This document shows, piece by piece, positions 25,049 through 37,227 of a DNA stretch of 64,000 nucleotides (the stretch's first letter is position 1; each line of letters begins with the position of its first letter). Both the position numbers and the translations under genes were made by a program. Source of the DNA: Styela clava (taxonomy: Eukaryota); contig NC_135263.1 in the NCBI RefSeq assembly GCF_964204865.1, positions 9,300,001 through 9,364,000 of the forward strand, in the 5' to 3' direction. Below the pieces are notes generated by a model that was given only the letters and a program-made list of their open reading frames with translations, had not been told where the DNA came from and made no database searches.

Positions 25049-26497
25049 TAATTTTGTTCTGTCCATCTATTTGCCTTGAATGAATAAAAGATTTTACATA
25101 TACTTATACAAGGAAATTTGAGAAGTCCAAAGTACAAACTTCTTGAAAAATAACAAAACATAAAATCATTAAGAGTCCAATTGTTGTAATTTATTTAACA
25201 GGTTCCTGTTGTTATACCTGTCATTGTCGCTATATTTACAGTTTATCTGACAATTGCTCCATTAATTGAAAACCCGGATATTTCTTACTTGTATGGTGGA
25301 ATATTCATACTTTGTTCGCCGATTTTCTATTTCCTGTTTGTCTACAAAAAGCTTCGCCTGCCAGGAATGAATCACTTCACAATATTTTTGCTAAAATTTC
25401 TTGATGTTTCACCAACGGATTGGGAAGACAAGTTGGCAATAAATGCTTCTGATAAGAGTGAATAATTAGTACATCGCACAATGTACATTTTTATAAACAT
25501 TGACATTAATAAACAGATATTAAACATACTTTTTAGTTTGTATGTGCTAACTTGGCTACTTATATGCTTATGAACTATATTTCATTTCACTTTCAATTGT
25601 TCTGTGATTCCACTGATTTTGTATCAATGTGTATGATGATTTTGTCGTCAGGAATTCTTGAGATCATAAATCAAAATAGTGGCGCTATGTTCAGTTTGCG
25701 TTTACGTTAACTTAAAGAATATCTTTCAGATGAAATAAATCCACGATATAACATCTTTTGTTGAATATGCAATATAGAATAAAATTGGTTTAAATTACAA
25801 ACTTTGCAAACTTGTGTTATATTTTTTCACAAAAAGAATTTTTTTTATGCACAATCAATAGTTTTAAAGAGATTTCTGCTTATAAACTCAACTCTGATCT
25901 CACCTGTTAAAGTACACTTCAATAATAGGCAAAAAAACACTAATCTTTGTTGGTTATTGCATGAAACATTCATGCGAAAGCGAGGTAGTCAATTTGTACC
26001 CCGAAAGACGTGATGCGTCAATATGTACATGAATCTGTGAACGAAATGTAAAAATTCATCCTTTGTTACTAAACGCATATTTTTGTCCAAGACTTGTTTA
26101 CAACGTGAGGTGATTTTTCTCGTCAGAATGAAATATGATGTGTGAATATTTTATCTTGCATAGATAATGGTAAACTTTATATTGAATCTGTATACAGTAT
26201 ATAAGTTTATATGCAGCCCTCTACAAAATGTGACGCACCGAATTTTATATGATTGCAGAAAACAAATATACTTTATAAGGCCACATTACCTATGTGTACA
26301 AACTAATGCCATCATTTCAATAGGGATGAAAAAGAGCTTCACAAAATAGACTTTTGACAGAAAACATTCGGCATTGATGTTAATATTTGTTTAACAATAA
26401 ACGCATTCTTCATTTCAGATTCTGGTGTCCAAATATGTCCAAAAAGTATTGTCCAAACAAACGAGTTTCTAACGTCAGAAGATCAATATAGCTAAAA

Positions 26498-27327
26498 CAG
26501 GGGTGGGCAACCTTTTTCGGCTCGCGTGTCAAAATCGGCTAAATTTAACGACAAATTCTCCCGCGTGCCGACCAAAATTAAAAACAACGCTTCGCTACTT
26601 TCAAAGCAAAAATACACAATAATAAACCTTTTAAACATATACAGACAGATTCACTATTCGGGAAAATATAAGTCCGACAATTAGATTTGATTACTAATCT
26701 TATTCAAATCAGTGAGCCCTTTGCTGCTGTAATACCGCTGATAGAGATGTTACATTGGATTTATATTTTGTAACTTTCAAAGAAATACACGAACTACTGG
26801 TTTCATCTTTTAGGCTACACCTGTTACAAGATTTGACAAAGTTCATAACGGAGAACAGAGATTCACAAGCATATGTAGATGAAACATGGAAAGTAATGCG
26901 GTTGCAAAGTTTTTAAGACACAAAAATCGGGAATGGCATCCCAATCACGCAATAGTTCGTTCACGCAATAGTTCGTTTTTTTTGAAAAAAAGGGTGGCAC
27001 AGACGAACTATATTACGTAAGAATGTAGCCAAGTGAATGATGCGCTCTTCTCGACAAAATTTTTCGAGAGCTCACTCATTTGTTACGTCATAATATATTT
27101 CTTTGTATCCAATGTCATGAAAGGACAAAAAGAGTTTAAATAAATAACAGATTGTTAACCAACGATATATAATGAATAAACGAATACCGAGTTTCATCAG
27201 ATAATCCAGAGTCTTGAAACTTTTTATCTGAAGAAGTATGATCTCGTTTCTGAGGCCTCGCTCGCGTGCCGCATAAATGGGCTCGCGTGCCAAGTTTGGC
27301 ACGCGTGCCAGGGGTTGCCCACCCCTG
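26498..27327 (-). mobile_element. Internally deleted hAT (SPIN/GTF2IRD2-like, Buster group) element
   Basis: TIR CAGGGGTGGGCAACC / GGTTGCCCACCCCTG and TSD AGCTAAAA/AGCTAGAA. The empty site is visible in the paralogous spacer near 18157. The minus-strand remnant STYACESLFSVMNFVKS..RCSLKDE...QQQRAH* is a transposase C-terminus. Confidence 0.9.
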
Positions 27328-27409
27328 AGCTAGAACTTATCAAGTAACTATAGCAGTATTGGCAAAAAGAAAACTAGTTTTCAGAACCATCAGATTACAC
27401 GCATACTAT

Positions 27410-27453
27410 GTTCAGGTTGTGCGCCATCTTAGTGCGCATACTTCTGGAAGTCC
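27410..27453. mobile_element. Half copy of the 110-bp palindromic MITE
   Basis: GTTCAGGTTGTGCGCCATCTTAGTGCGCATACTTCTGGAAGTCC. Confidence 0.65.
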
Positions 27454-27832
27454 AAATGTTCTGTATTTTAAGTTTTTAATTATTGAGAGACAAGATATTC
27501 CTAGCAAAAATACCGAAAGAACTGAAAAAGTCAATATAAGGTTTAACCTAAAATTATTATTTGTTATATGATTGCTTACATTTTTAAAGAGCCGTAATTC
27601 GAGGAAGTCAAATTCATTGGAAGAATCGGTTTATATATATTTCGCGTGAGAATTAAAAAACAAACTCTATTTGGCAAACTTTATCTTTTATAACCACATC
27701 ATAGTTGAGCAGTTTCCGGGTATTATTTTTCCAGAAAACTGATAGCTTCCATGGGCTACAGAGTTTTTCAATTTGCGATTCAATATTTATCATAAATAAA
27801 AGAAGAATAGTATGATATATATAGTAAACAAA

Positions 27833-30351
27833 ATGCGACTTGTAAGCAACATGCCTTCGTCTATTATAACGAAGTCGAGACCGCGCAAAAAAAAGAGTTT
27901 GAAATGAAAAAGAAGATAGGATTATGGCGTGGGGTTTCCATCATTGCCGGAATTATTGTTGGCGCCGGTATATTTATATCTTCCACTGGCGTGTTGGCAG
28001 GAACCAACGGTAGCGTTGGCTTGAGCCTTGCGTTTTGGGTAGTGTGTGGTTCTCCGGCATGCCATCATTATGCTATGTAGAACTCGGAACGACAATTGTG
28101 GAATCAGGAGACGAATTTGCGTACTTCAATGCAGCCTATGGAGGACCGGTGGCTTTCGCATTTTCCTCGCCGTATGTGTTTGTCATATATTCGACTGGTA
28201 TGGCAGCTAGTTCAATAGCTCTGGGAACATACACTGCAAAACCCTTCTACAGTGAAGATTGTGTTATTCCCACAATAGCTGTCAAATTTGCCGCTGCAGC
28301 ATCGCTTTTTACTGTAGCATTTATGAATTACATCAGCGTTCGATCAGCCACAAGAATGAAAGTCGTGTTCACCGCATCGAAATTTATTGCATTGGCAGCA
28401 ATTATAGTTGGTGGTTTTATGCGCCTGGGAATTGGAAATTCTGTTGTCACTTCTAACTTTATCAACGCGTTCGATGGGAAGTGGACTTACAGTAACTCAA
28501 ATTAGTGTAACTTTTCATCCGATAAACCAGGAAAATTTCAATCTATTTCAACTTCATTTATGGAATTGAGAGAATACATTTATTTTCTGAATTTATATAC
28601 AATGATAGGGTCTGCTCCCGTACAATGGATGGGCTTATTTGAACAGAGCAGTAGAAGAAGTTAGTGATGTCGGAAAACCCTGCCCTGATGTATCCTATTA
28701 GCAATGACCGGAGTGACTGTTTTCTATATTCTTGTGAATGTTGCTTATTTTTCAGGTAATAATATTTTTAATAATATTGCACAACATCAAATGTCCAATC
28801 AATTAAAGGGGGAAATTAAGTATGTTGCACTGTGCGGTAGAATTGTTTAAAAGAGAACGACGCAGCTTATGTAACAAAATTGATAGAATCTGTGTACATC
28901 TTAGAAATAAGTTTAATGATATTTACAAAAGTAACGAAAATATATTAATAGTTTTATGTGACAATATCTCTTTGGCGCTATGTATGACTATCATGAGGCA
29001 GTAACGTCAGAATGATATTTTTCAGAAGTACTTCGTATCTATTTATAGTTTGTAATACCGTATATTATTAACATTATGATGAAATAGTTTTATCGTAGGA
29101 AAATCAAAGTTGTTGCATTGGTTAACAACTTATAAATGCATTTGGCGTTTAATATTTTACTATGTATATCCAAATTACAAAAAAACAAGCATTAGTACTT
29201 TTGTTACTCCTACAGTTCTGACTCCTGTCGAAATATTATTTTCGAAAGCTGTAGCTTTAACATTTGGAGTTCGTGTGTTTAAATCTTTCAAGTGGATCAT
29301 TCTATTAGCCGTCTGTCTTTCGATATTTGGTTCACTGAACGGAGCTTGTCTTGCTAGTGGTAGAATAGCTTTTGCTGCAGCCAGAAGAGGACATTTACCT
29401 AGCGCAAGGCAATTTCAAAGCAACTTTCTGACTGGACTTAAATTGAATTTAATGATGAATATGAGTATTACTTTATTCTACTTTTTGTTTCAGATATTTT
29501 CCATGGTCCATGTAGATCACTACACCAGGACCTTCACCCCCTATATATTCACTTGTACTGGGTGTGCTTATTCCAGGAATTTTTGACATCCTACTCGTTG
29601 CAATGAGTTTTGCTGGTTGGATATTTATTGGACCCTGGGCAGTCGGCGTATTACTGTTACGAAAAGGCCTGATCCTCCAAGACACTACAAAGTAAACATA
29701 TACTTTTTTATTGACGTTTCTGTACTCAATTACTAGTAATGGATCACTCTTATGTAAAGGATCTGTATGATTTTTAGATTTTGATGAAACATATCTAGTG
29801 GGAAGTCGAAGTCGAAGACCAAGAGATTATGGACATGGACCTCACAAAATACTACAGCATGAATATTTTGACCAATTGTGAACCTGTAATAAATATTTGC
29901 CAACAAATAATATCAATATTCGATAAATCATAAAGCTAAAATATATCGGATGGTTTTAATAGATGTAAACCATCCTTATTGCCTCTTAATTATTGTGGAT
30001 TTGTGGGTAAATAAATTTCAAAACACAGAGCCAAATTATTGCTAAGCTGAAGTAAAAAAAACAGTAAGAGAAGCTTAATTATATATATCTTTTATTTTGT
30101 AGGTTCCTATCGTTATTCCTGTTATTGTCTCAGTTTTTGCTGTCCATCTCACGGTCGCTCCTATGATCAACAATCCGGATGTTTCGTTCCTGCGCGGAGA
30201 AATTTCCATCATTTGTACACCAGTATTGTATTTTACATTTGTGTACAAAAAGGTTCGACTACCAGGAACGGACAATATTACTATGTTTATGACTATGTTT
30301 ATGCAAACATTTCTCAATGTCCCACCAACAGATTGGGAAGACAACCTATAG
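27833..30351 (+). pseudogene. SLC7 copy 4: diverged frameshifted pseudogene
   Basis: All five exons are recognisable ([13 protein letters not shown]..., GLLPYNGW, LASGRIAFAAARRGHLP, PPTDWEDNL). There are frameshifts near 28050, 28480, 28680 and 29530, and donor sites are damaged. Confidence 0.88.
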
Positions 30352-31579
30352 AAGAATTATTTCGATACAAGCGATTGATTATCAAATCGCGTTCCAATAA
30401 TCACTCACAAATCCTGAATGTTTTGTCGTGGAGTCAATCGACAAATTACACCAACTGTTTAGCTGTCTTGAATTACAGCGTTTCGTAACTTGATGAAATT
30501 TTTGCTTTTTGGTTTATATCCAGTTTGAATAAAAAAAATTTGTCAATCATCTAATTTCAATATTGAAAAAAAAAACATGGTTGCAACAGTAAACACCACA
30601 TAATATTATGATTTTTTTAGGATGCTTAGGGATATGCAGGGATATGCTTAGTTTACATTACGTCTAAGAAAAATGGTTAGCAAACTAGTTGCAATATTAA
30701 CCATGAGTTTAGTTCAGATTTGATGTTTGGTATATTTTGTAGAAAGGCCCCGCCACTAATGCAAAAATGGGAGTTGGGAAAAACAGTCCCGCCACGTTTT
30801 AAAATAACAAATTAGTATAATTACCCAGTTGGGGTTAATTTTCTTATTTTGAGCTTTTGCGGGGATGTTTATTCGGTAGGTTTGTACGAAAGATCCGGTG
30901 TTTGTGTCAAATGCAGATACGTGTATAGCATTAAAAGATCAAGATTATAAGATTACCAACTAGCAATTTCAGTCCACAGTGGCTAGTCTTAAGTGCACTA
31001 GTCTTAAGACAATCGGATTCATCGTTCAATTGAGCCAAATCCTCAATATAGACATCAAGTCAAATGTAGCTGTGCATCAGTGGTGAATTCGGCACCATTC
31101 TATCCCAGTCGTTCCGCAAAAGCACATTGAGGGAAATAATTATAAATCGGAAAATCCGGTTTTGTGATTTTGGTGAGGACATTTGTCTATGGCTTGGATG
31201 ATTCAAGTAACTCACTTTATTGAAAGTCGAGTCAGTATATCTTTGTACCCAAAATGTCTCTCAAAATCTGTAACATGGCGACAACGCATTTTTCAAGCAG
31301 GCGTAATTTATGACGTAGATAGACAAACATGCCGGCTTAAATAAATATTTGCCATATGTAGTTTTGCATTGTCATACTTGTTTAGTTGACTCACTCAATA
31401 CAGACTATTATAAAACTAAAATTAGGATGTATTCTATTGCTAGGCAAGCAGGTTATCGTATTCGAGTGAAGCGAACAATATTAAAAAAGCTCATAGAATT
31501 TCATTTATGTACATTTAGGAACTAAAATGTTTTAATTTAAATTGTCATTATTCTCTTATTCAGAGTAAACCACAGTATT

Positions 31580-34164
31580 ATGGACGATTCAAATTCATTA
31601 GAAGATGACGTAGATTCACTCGATGTGAAATCCACACCATCATCAGAGACCTTCGAATTGAAGAAAAAAATCGGAATATGGCGGGGTGTTTCGATTATTG
31701 CCGGTGTTATGGTAGGATCAGGTATATTTGTTTCACCTGTTGGCGTATTAGAAGGAACTAACGGCAGTGTCGGATTGAGTCTCGTTCTGTGGATAGCATG
31801 TGGATTGTTTTCCGGACTTGCGGCATTGTGTTATGCTGAACTCGGAACTACCATTGTGGAATCCGGAGGGGAGTTTGCTTACATGAATGCCGCTTATGGA
31901 GGATCCATTGCTTTCGCCTTTTCTGCCTCGTATGTTTTCATTTTATATTCTACCGGAAATGCTGCAAAAGCTGTGGTGTTGGGTACCTACATTGCAACGC
32001 CTTTTTATGAAGGCGATTGTGCACCGCCAGTGGTGGTTGTCAAATGCTCTGCAGCGGCAGTAGTTCTCATTGTAACTTTAGTCAACTACGTCAGCGTCAG
32101 GGCGGCGGCAAGAGTGCAAGTCGTCTTCACAGCAGCAAAGTTTATTGGATTGGCAGCCATTATTATCGGAGGATTGACGAGATTGGGAATGGGAGACCCT
32201 ATTGGGATATCGAACTTCAAAAACGCGTTTGATAAGGAAACCATGGCTGGAATTACTGCAAGCCAAATAGGGCTTGCATTTTATCAAGTGTGTACATATA
32301 TATATATATATATTTCTATAATTGATGAATATGGGTTAACTAACTTTTTGGGATAGATAATTATGCTGTTTCACGGCATTAGAGAAAAAGCATGCTAGCG
32401 TGACACTGATTGATTTAGTACTCGAGTCCCAATAGAAGCTGTTTTATTCTTGTCTACTAATAACTAAACATAAATCTTTTTTTTTCTTATATATTTCGTG
32501 AAGTTCATAACGCCCAATTTTCTTTATTTGCTGAATTACCTTATTGAGATTGAACTATATCATTTATTAGAACCATTATTATTTTGTCACTAACAGGGCT
32601 TATTCTCATATGATGGGTGGGCAAATCTTAACAGAGTAACTGAAGAAGTTAAAGATCCAAACAAGACACTACCAAGATGCATAATCATAGCAGTAACCGG
32701 CGTTACTGTTTTTTACGTTTTGGTGAATGTTGCATATTTTTCAGGTATCAAACCATTAACGCTTTTGAATCTGATTTTTTTTCTGTTTCTATCGAAGTTG
32801 CATCTTGTTCGTATTTATTGCAGCGCCCATAGATTAATAAGAGTTGATATGAAAAATCACATGTACTTTAAGTCATGTCATGGCTGAGAGGAGGTGTGAC
32901 TGTGTGTATTCTGGTTGTAAATCATGTAGTGTATTTTTGAATATGATAAATTGTTGCGAATATGATAAATCTCACATCCATACGTTTAGGTGCTACCAGC
33001 GTTTAATGACAAATTATTGGATGTGATTTTCCTAAAAAGAAATTGTCGTTTGCAGTGCTAACACCAAGGGAAATATTGTCCTCAAAAGCTGTGGCTATTA
33101 CATTTGGAGATCGTGTATTCGGAGCGTTTTCTTGGACCATGCCTCTTGTAGTGTGTTTGTCAATATTTGGATCTCTGAACGGTTCTTGTCTAGTCAGTGC
33201 GAGAATTGGCTTTGCTGCAGCAAGGAGGCGACATTTACCGCAAGTAATGTTTTTACTTCTAGACGTTTCCGTTCTAAATTATGAAAAATAGATTAAAAAC
33301 CCAACACTAATTTCAATTTTAGATATAAATCCCACAACCTCTCATACTTTTCATGGCAATCATGTTTATTATTTTAGATATTTTCAATGATTCATGTGGA
33401 CCATCTCACCCCGGGCCCAGCGATTCTTCTAGTAAATGTGTTCGTCTTAATACTTCTTATACCTGGAGATTTTGACTCTCTTTTAAATGCCATGAGTTTC
33501 ACATCTTGGATATTTTATGGACTTGGCTCCGCGGGAGTTCTCGTTCTGCGAAAAACAAGGCCCGATCTTCCAAGACCCTATAAGGTATTTTGAATTCGTG
33601 AAGTCGAATTTACACTTGTTTAATGAGTTGCGGGGTTTATTGATATAAAATGACACCAGTCTTAGGAATTTCCACTCTCTTAATTTCCCACTGCAGTGCA
33701 GTATTACTAAGAATCAAAGCGGTACGTCTGTTTTCTTGTAACTGGCTCGTGGATTTGGTAGACTATAAAACCTATTTTACAACAAAATTCTATGAAAGAA
33801 ACTTTAAAACTGTTTAAAACATTTCAGATGAGGCAAAAAAAGTAAAGCATTGCCATTTAATTAGATTGTGAATATCTAAAATATATATATTTCTATTTCG
33901 AAGGTTCCACTGGTCATTCCGGTAATCGTTACAATATTTGCCATCTACCTAACGGTTGCACCTATGATCGACAGTCCAGATTTTGCATGGTTATATGGCG
34001 GTATCTTTCTTTTATGTACTCCTCTGTTTTATTATCCTCTTGTTTATAAAAATATCCGTGTTCCTGGAATGGATTCTATAACCATATTCTTACAAAAATT
34101 TCTGAATGTTTCTCCAACAGATTGGGAGGATACATTAGCGATTGATTCTAGTAAGGAAGATTAA
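31580..34164 (+). CDS. SLC7A9: SLC7 b(0,+)AT-like transporter, copy 5 (intact, older paralogue, 503 aa)
   Basis: Exons 31580-32287, 32597-32744, 33056-33243, 33378-33584, 33904-34164. Same intron positions and phases as the other copies, with motifs GSGIFVSP, PFYEGDCAPP and GLFSYDGW. Confidence 0.93.
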
Positions 34165-34340
34165 TACTGAAATCAATAACGTGGCTTCATTTTCAATATT
34201 CAAAAATTATAATTTCATATATATGTTGTAACAGTTTTCTGAATATTCGAAATGCATGACATGAATTATTCAAAGTTTATCCTAACATGTTTAGTTTTCA
34301 CTTAGTTTTCGAGCCCATGATATCCAAGCCTTTGGCCTAA

Positions 34341-34478
34341 CTGAGTGCAAAGTTGCGCGTTCGATGCCGTGAGTACGAAAAATGGAAAAGTCATGCGCCT
34401 GTCCCGCCGACTTCATTGGAGCAAAGTCGGCGGCGTAAAAATTGAGATTCGAGCACTTGCTCAGAATTTGTCACTCAG
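34341..34478. repeat. Degenerate palindromic element (possible MITE) with perfect internal hairpin
   Basis: Outer IR CTGAGTGCAAAGTT / AATTTGTCACTCAG and an inner 10-bp stem CCGCCGACTT-N10-AAGTCGGCGG (34404-34433). Confidence 0.45.
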
Positions 34479-35742
34479 ATAGATTTTTAAATATGGTTGT
34501 AAACATTGTCCCGATTTCCTAGTTTTAAATGTTATTTGTCATCTTTAGTGTAGATTTAAAACAAATGCCGCAGTCATTTCGTCTTGGAAGAGTTTTCGTT
34601 TAGTTTCAGTAATCAAAAAATGATCAAGAAAAAAGTCGGTTCAGGTCAAGATTCAGGAAAACGTCCGTTAATTATGGATACCTGTCATTGCTAATATTAC
34701 GAGGATGCTTTATGGCAGAAATTTCTCTTTCCAAACCATTTGTTTCCCCCGACTTTAGTTCTTCGGTATATAGGTGGCGATACGTACAAGCATGCCAAAA
34801 ACTGTCACCTGCTCAAATATCAAAATTTTGATTTGACGGAAATTTCCCTACCATGGTGGCCGTGGCTGTGGTACCCAGCCTACGGGATCCTCCGCCAAAA
34901 GCCGTTTGGCGAGCTGTATTGGCGATTCTCAAAACCACATATATATCATTGTTGTTGATAGTCTTGTTGCTTGTGTGACTGTCTTTGTTGTTGCTGTTTT
35001 ATTTCATTTTCAATGGGGAGGGACATTATTTTATTCCGTCACGCATGAACGCCCCCGTCACACTTGTCAGTTGTTTTGTTCGGCGAACTTTACCTTATCG
35101 CATACGCAAACACAATATTTGTCAGTAAAATGAGATCGTCTGGGAGTAAGACGATGAGAATAGTGCCATTTCATCCTGAGCTGTGCTCTTTGACGTATAG
35201 TTATTTGACTTTCGTGTTTATATATTTGATCGTTGCCCGCTTGTTTGACATCATATCTGCGATTGATTTTATATAATAGGCCGTAACTACTCATGGTGTG
35301 TTGACATAATATTGTGTCCTTGTCAACTTTTCGGCACACGCTGATCCTAGTTGGAGAATGAGTTGAACATTGCTGTGTGCATACGTGTATACTCAAGGAG
35401 AAATGTACAAACAATGAAGCGCAATAGATTGCATGATATTAAATGCAAATATGTACTACATACAAACTACGTTTTAATCTTATGTCGAAGTATGTATTTA
35501 TAATAGAGCACAGTCAATATTTCCCCATAAAGGGTAAAATATTGGGGTTAGTTGAAATATTTTTATGTCGAAATAAATGGAAGCCACATGCTACAAAGGA
35601 ATATTGAATAATGCTAGCGTGATTATTTCACCTTATACGCATTCAGGGTGATTGTGAAGTAACCCAACCTCAGACAATAAAAGCTTTGTATATATATTTT
35701 GCATTTATTTAGATACAAGACATACCAGAATACCGTTTTAAT

Positions 35743-36028
35743 TTATTTCTGCTTAGAATATACCAAAATTCTGATTTGAATTGTGTGGTATTTGAACAAA
35801 ATACAAAAGTTAAAATGTCTTTAGACAAAATTAATAACGTATTAGACCAACATACATGTTTTACTTAATACATTGAAGCGTTTATTCATATTATTTCTGC
35901 TTAGAATATACCAGAATTCTGATTTGGATTGGCTGGTATTTGAACAACATACAAAAGTTAAAATGTCCCTAAACAAAATTAGTAACGTCTTAGACCAGCA
36001 CACATGCTTTACTAAATACATTGAAGCA
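35743..36028. repeat. ~148-bp tandem duplication
   Basis: TTATTTCTGCTTAGAATATACCA...ATACATTGAAGC occurs twice (35743-35879, 35891-36028). Confidence 0.85.
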
Positions 36029-37227
36029 AATATTACTAAATTGATCGTAAATCTTCATTTAAAATGTTATAATGACCAAAACATATTTGTATATAAATTA
36101 ATGATTATAATAAAATGAAATATACTTAGTGTCATGGCACATAACTCACTTTTATTTGGTGGAATATAATATAAATTTTATAGTACAAAGAACTTTGGAA
36201 CTGCGCAAAAATTAATTAAGGAAAAATTGGGATGGATTCGAGATATAACAAAGTAGGACGACCAATTCAGGGCGTAAGCTGCCTTTAACAATACATATTT
36301 AGATTTGAGCATCAATGTGATAAAAATGCCAAAGCATTAATGTTAAATATGATAAACCGGTTTTATGAGCGCATGAGAGTTGTAAAATAAATTCTTATTT
36401 AGAGTTCAATGTTTTAATAAATAAATCAAAGACCCGTGTCAACAAATAATGGAGCATATATATTGCTTGGATGTATTATGCAATATAACAGCTGAAATCA
36501 TAACATTCTTAAAAAACAAAAACAAAATTATCTAAATACAATAATCTGCGCTAGGGGAATAAATTCGCCCTAGAGACAAGAATGACCTACTCTTATTGTA
36601 TTATTGGAAGATACTCTGTAATATTATGATAAAAATTAGATTAGGTTATATACAATGTTTCATTCAAGCGTTGACTGGTAAGTTGCAAAACTAAGTACAT
36701 AAGAAGATAATAATTTTTCATCTCATCCAGTGAGATGGCAAAGCGGAGGATGTAAAGTTCATGTTCACCAAATTTATAAAATTAGTAAATCCTTTCGCTG
36801 AGATTTAAGTGGATGATCATTGACTGTATACCTTTAAATATTTTCGGATTGCTATTTGATTTCCATTCTAATGAGTCTATGACTTCAAATTCATGTTTAT
36901 TATTTTATTTAAATTAATATACATAACTTCTTGCACTTAAAAAATTTCTGAATGTTTGTTCTTGAATTTCAGTTTTATTGTGACATTGTAGTTTGGAAAG
37001 AAGCTTTGAAAAACATGTGAGATCCTGAAATTAAAATAAAGAAAAATAATTAAGAAATATATGTAACTTATTTTGTCTATTTTATCCGTTGTGTTTTTTT
37101 TTTTGAACCCTTTTTCATCAAATCGATTTTCGTTCAAATATAACGGAAGGCGGGTATATAAAAATTAAATTAAATTAATTGCAAACAAATTCCTATGTTT
37201 TTGTAGATATAAGATATATATAAGATA

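Larger units (their letters stand above)
22631..25465 (+). pseudogene. SLC7 copy 3: 5'-truncated, LTR-disrupted pseudogene
   Basis: Begins mid-exon 1 (LADGNPV) directly after copy-2 3' flank and a T tract. A 622-bp insertion sits at the exon 2 acceptor, and there is a 1-bp deletion (CTTTTTCG vs CTTTTTTCG). The remaining exons are near-identical to copies 1 and 2. Confidence 0.88.
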
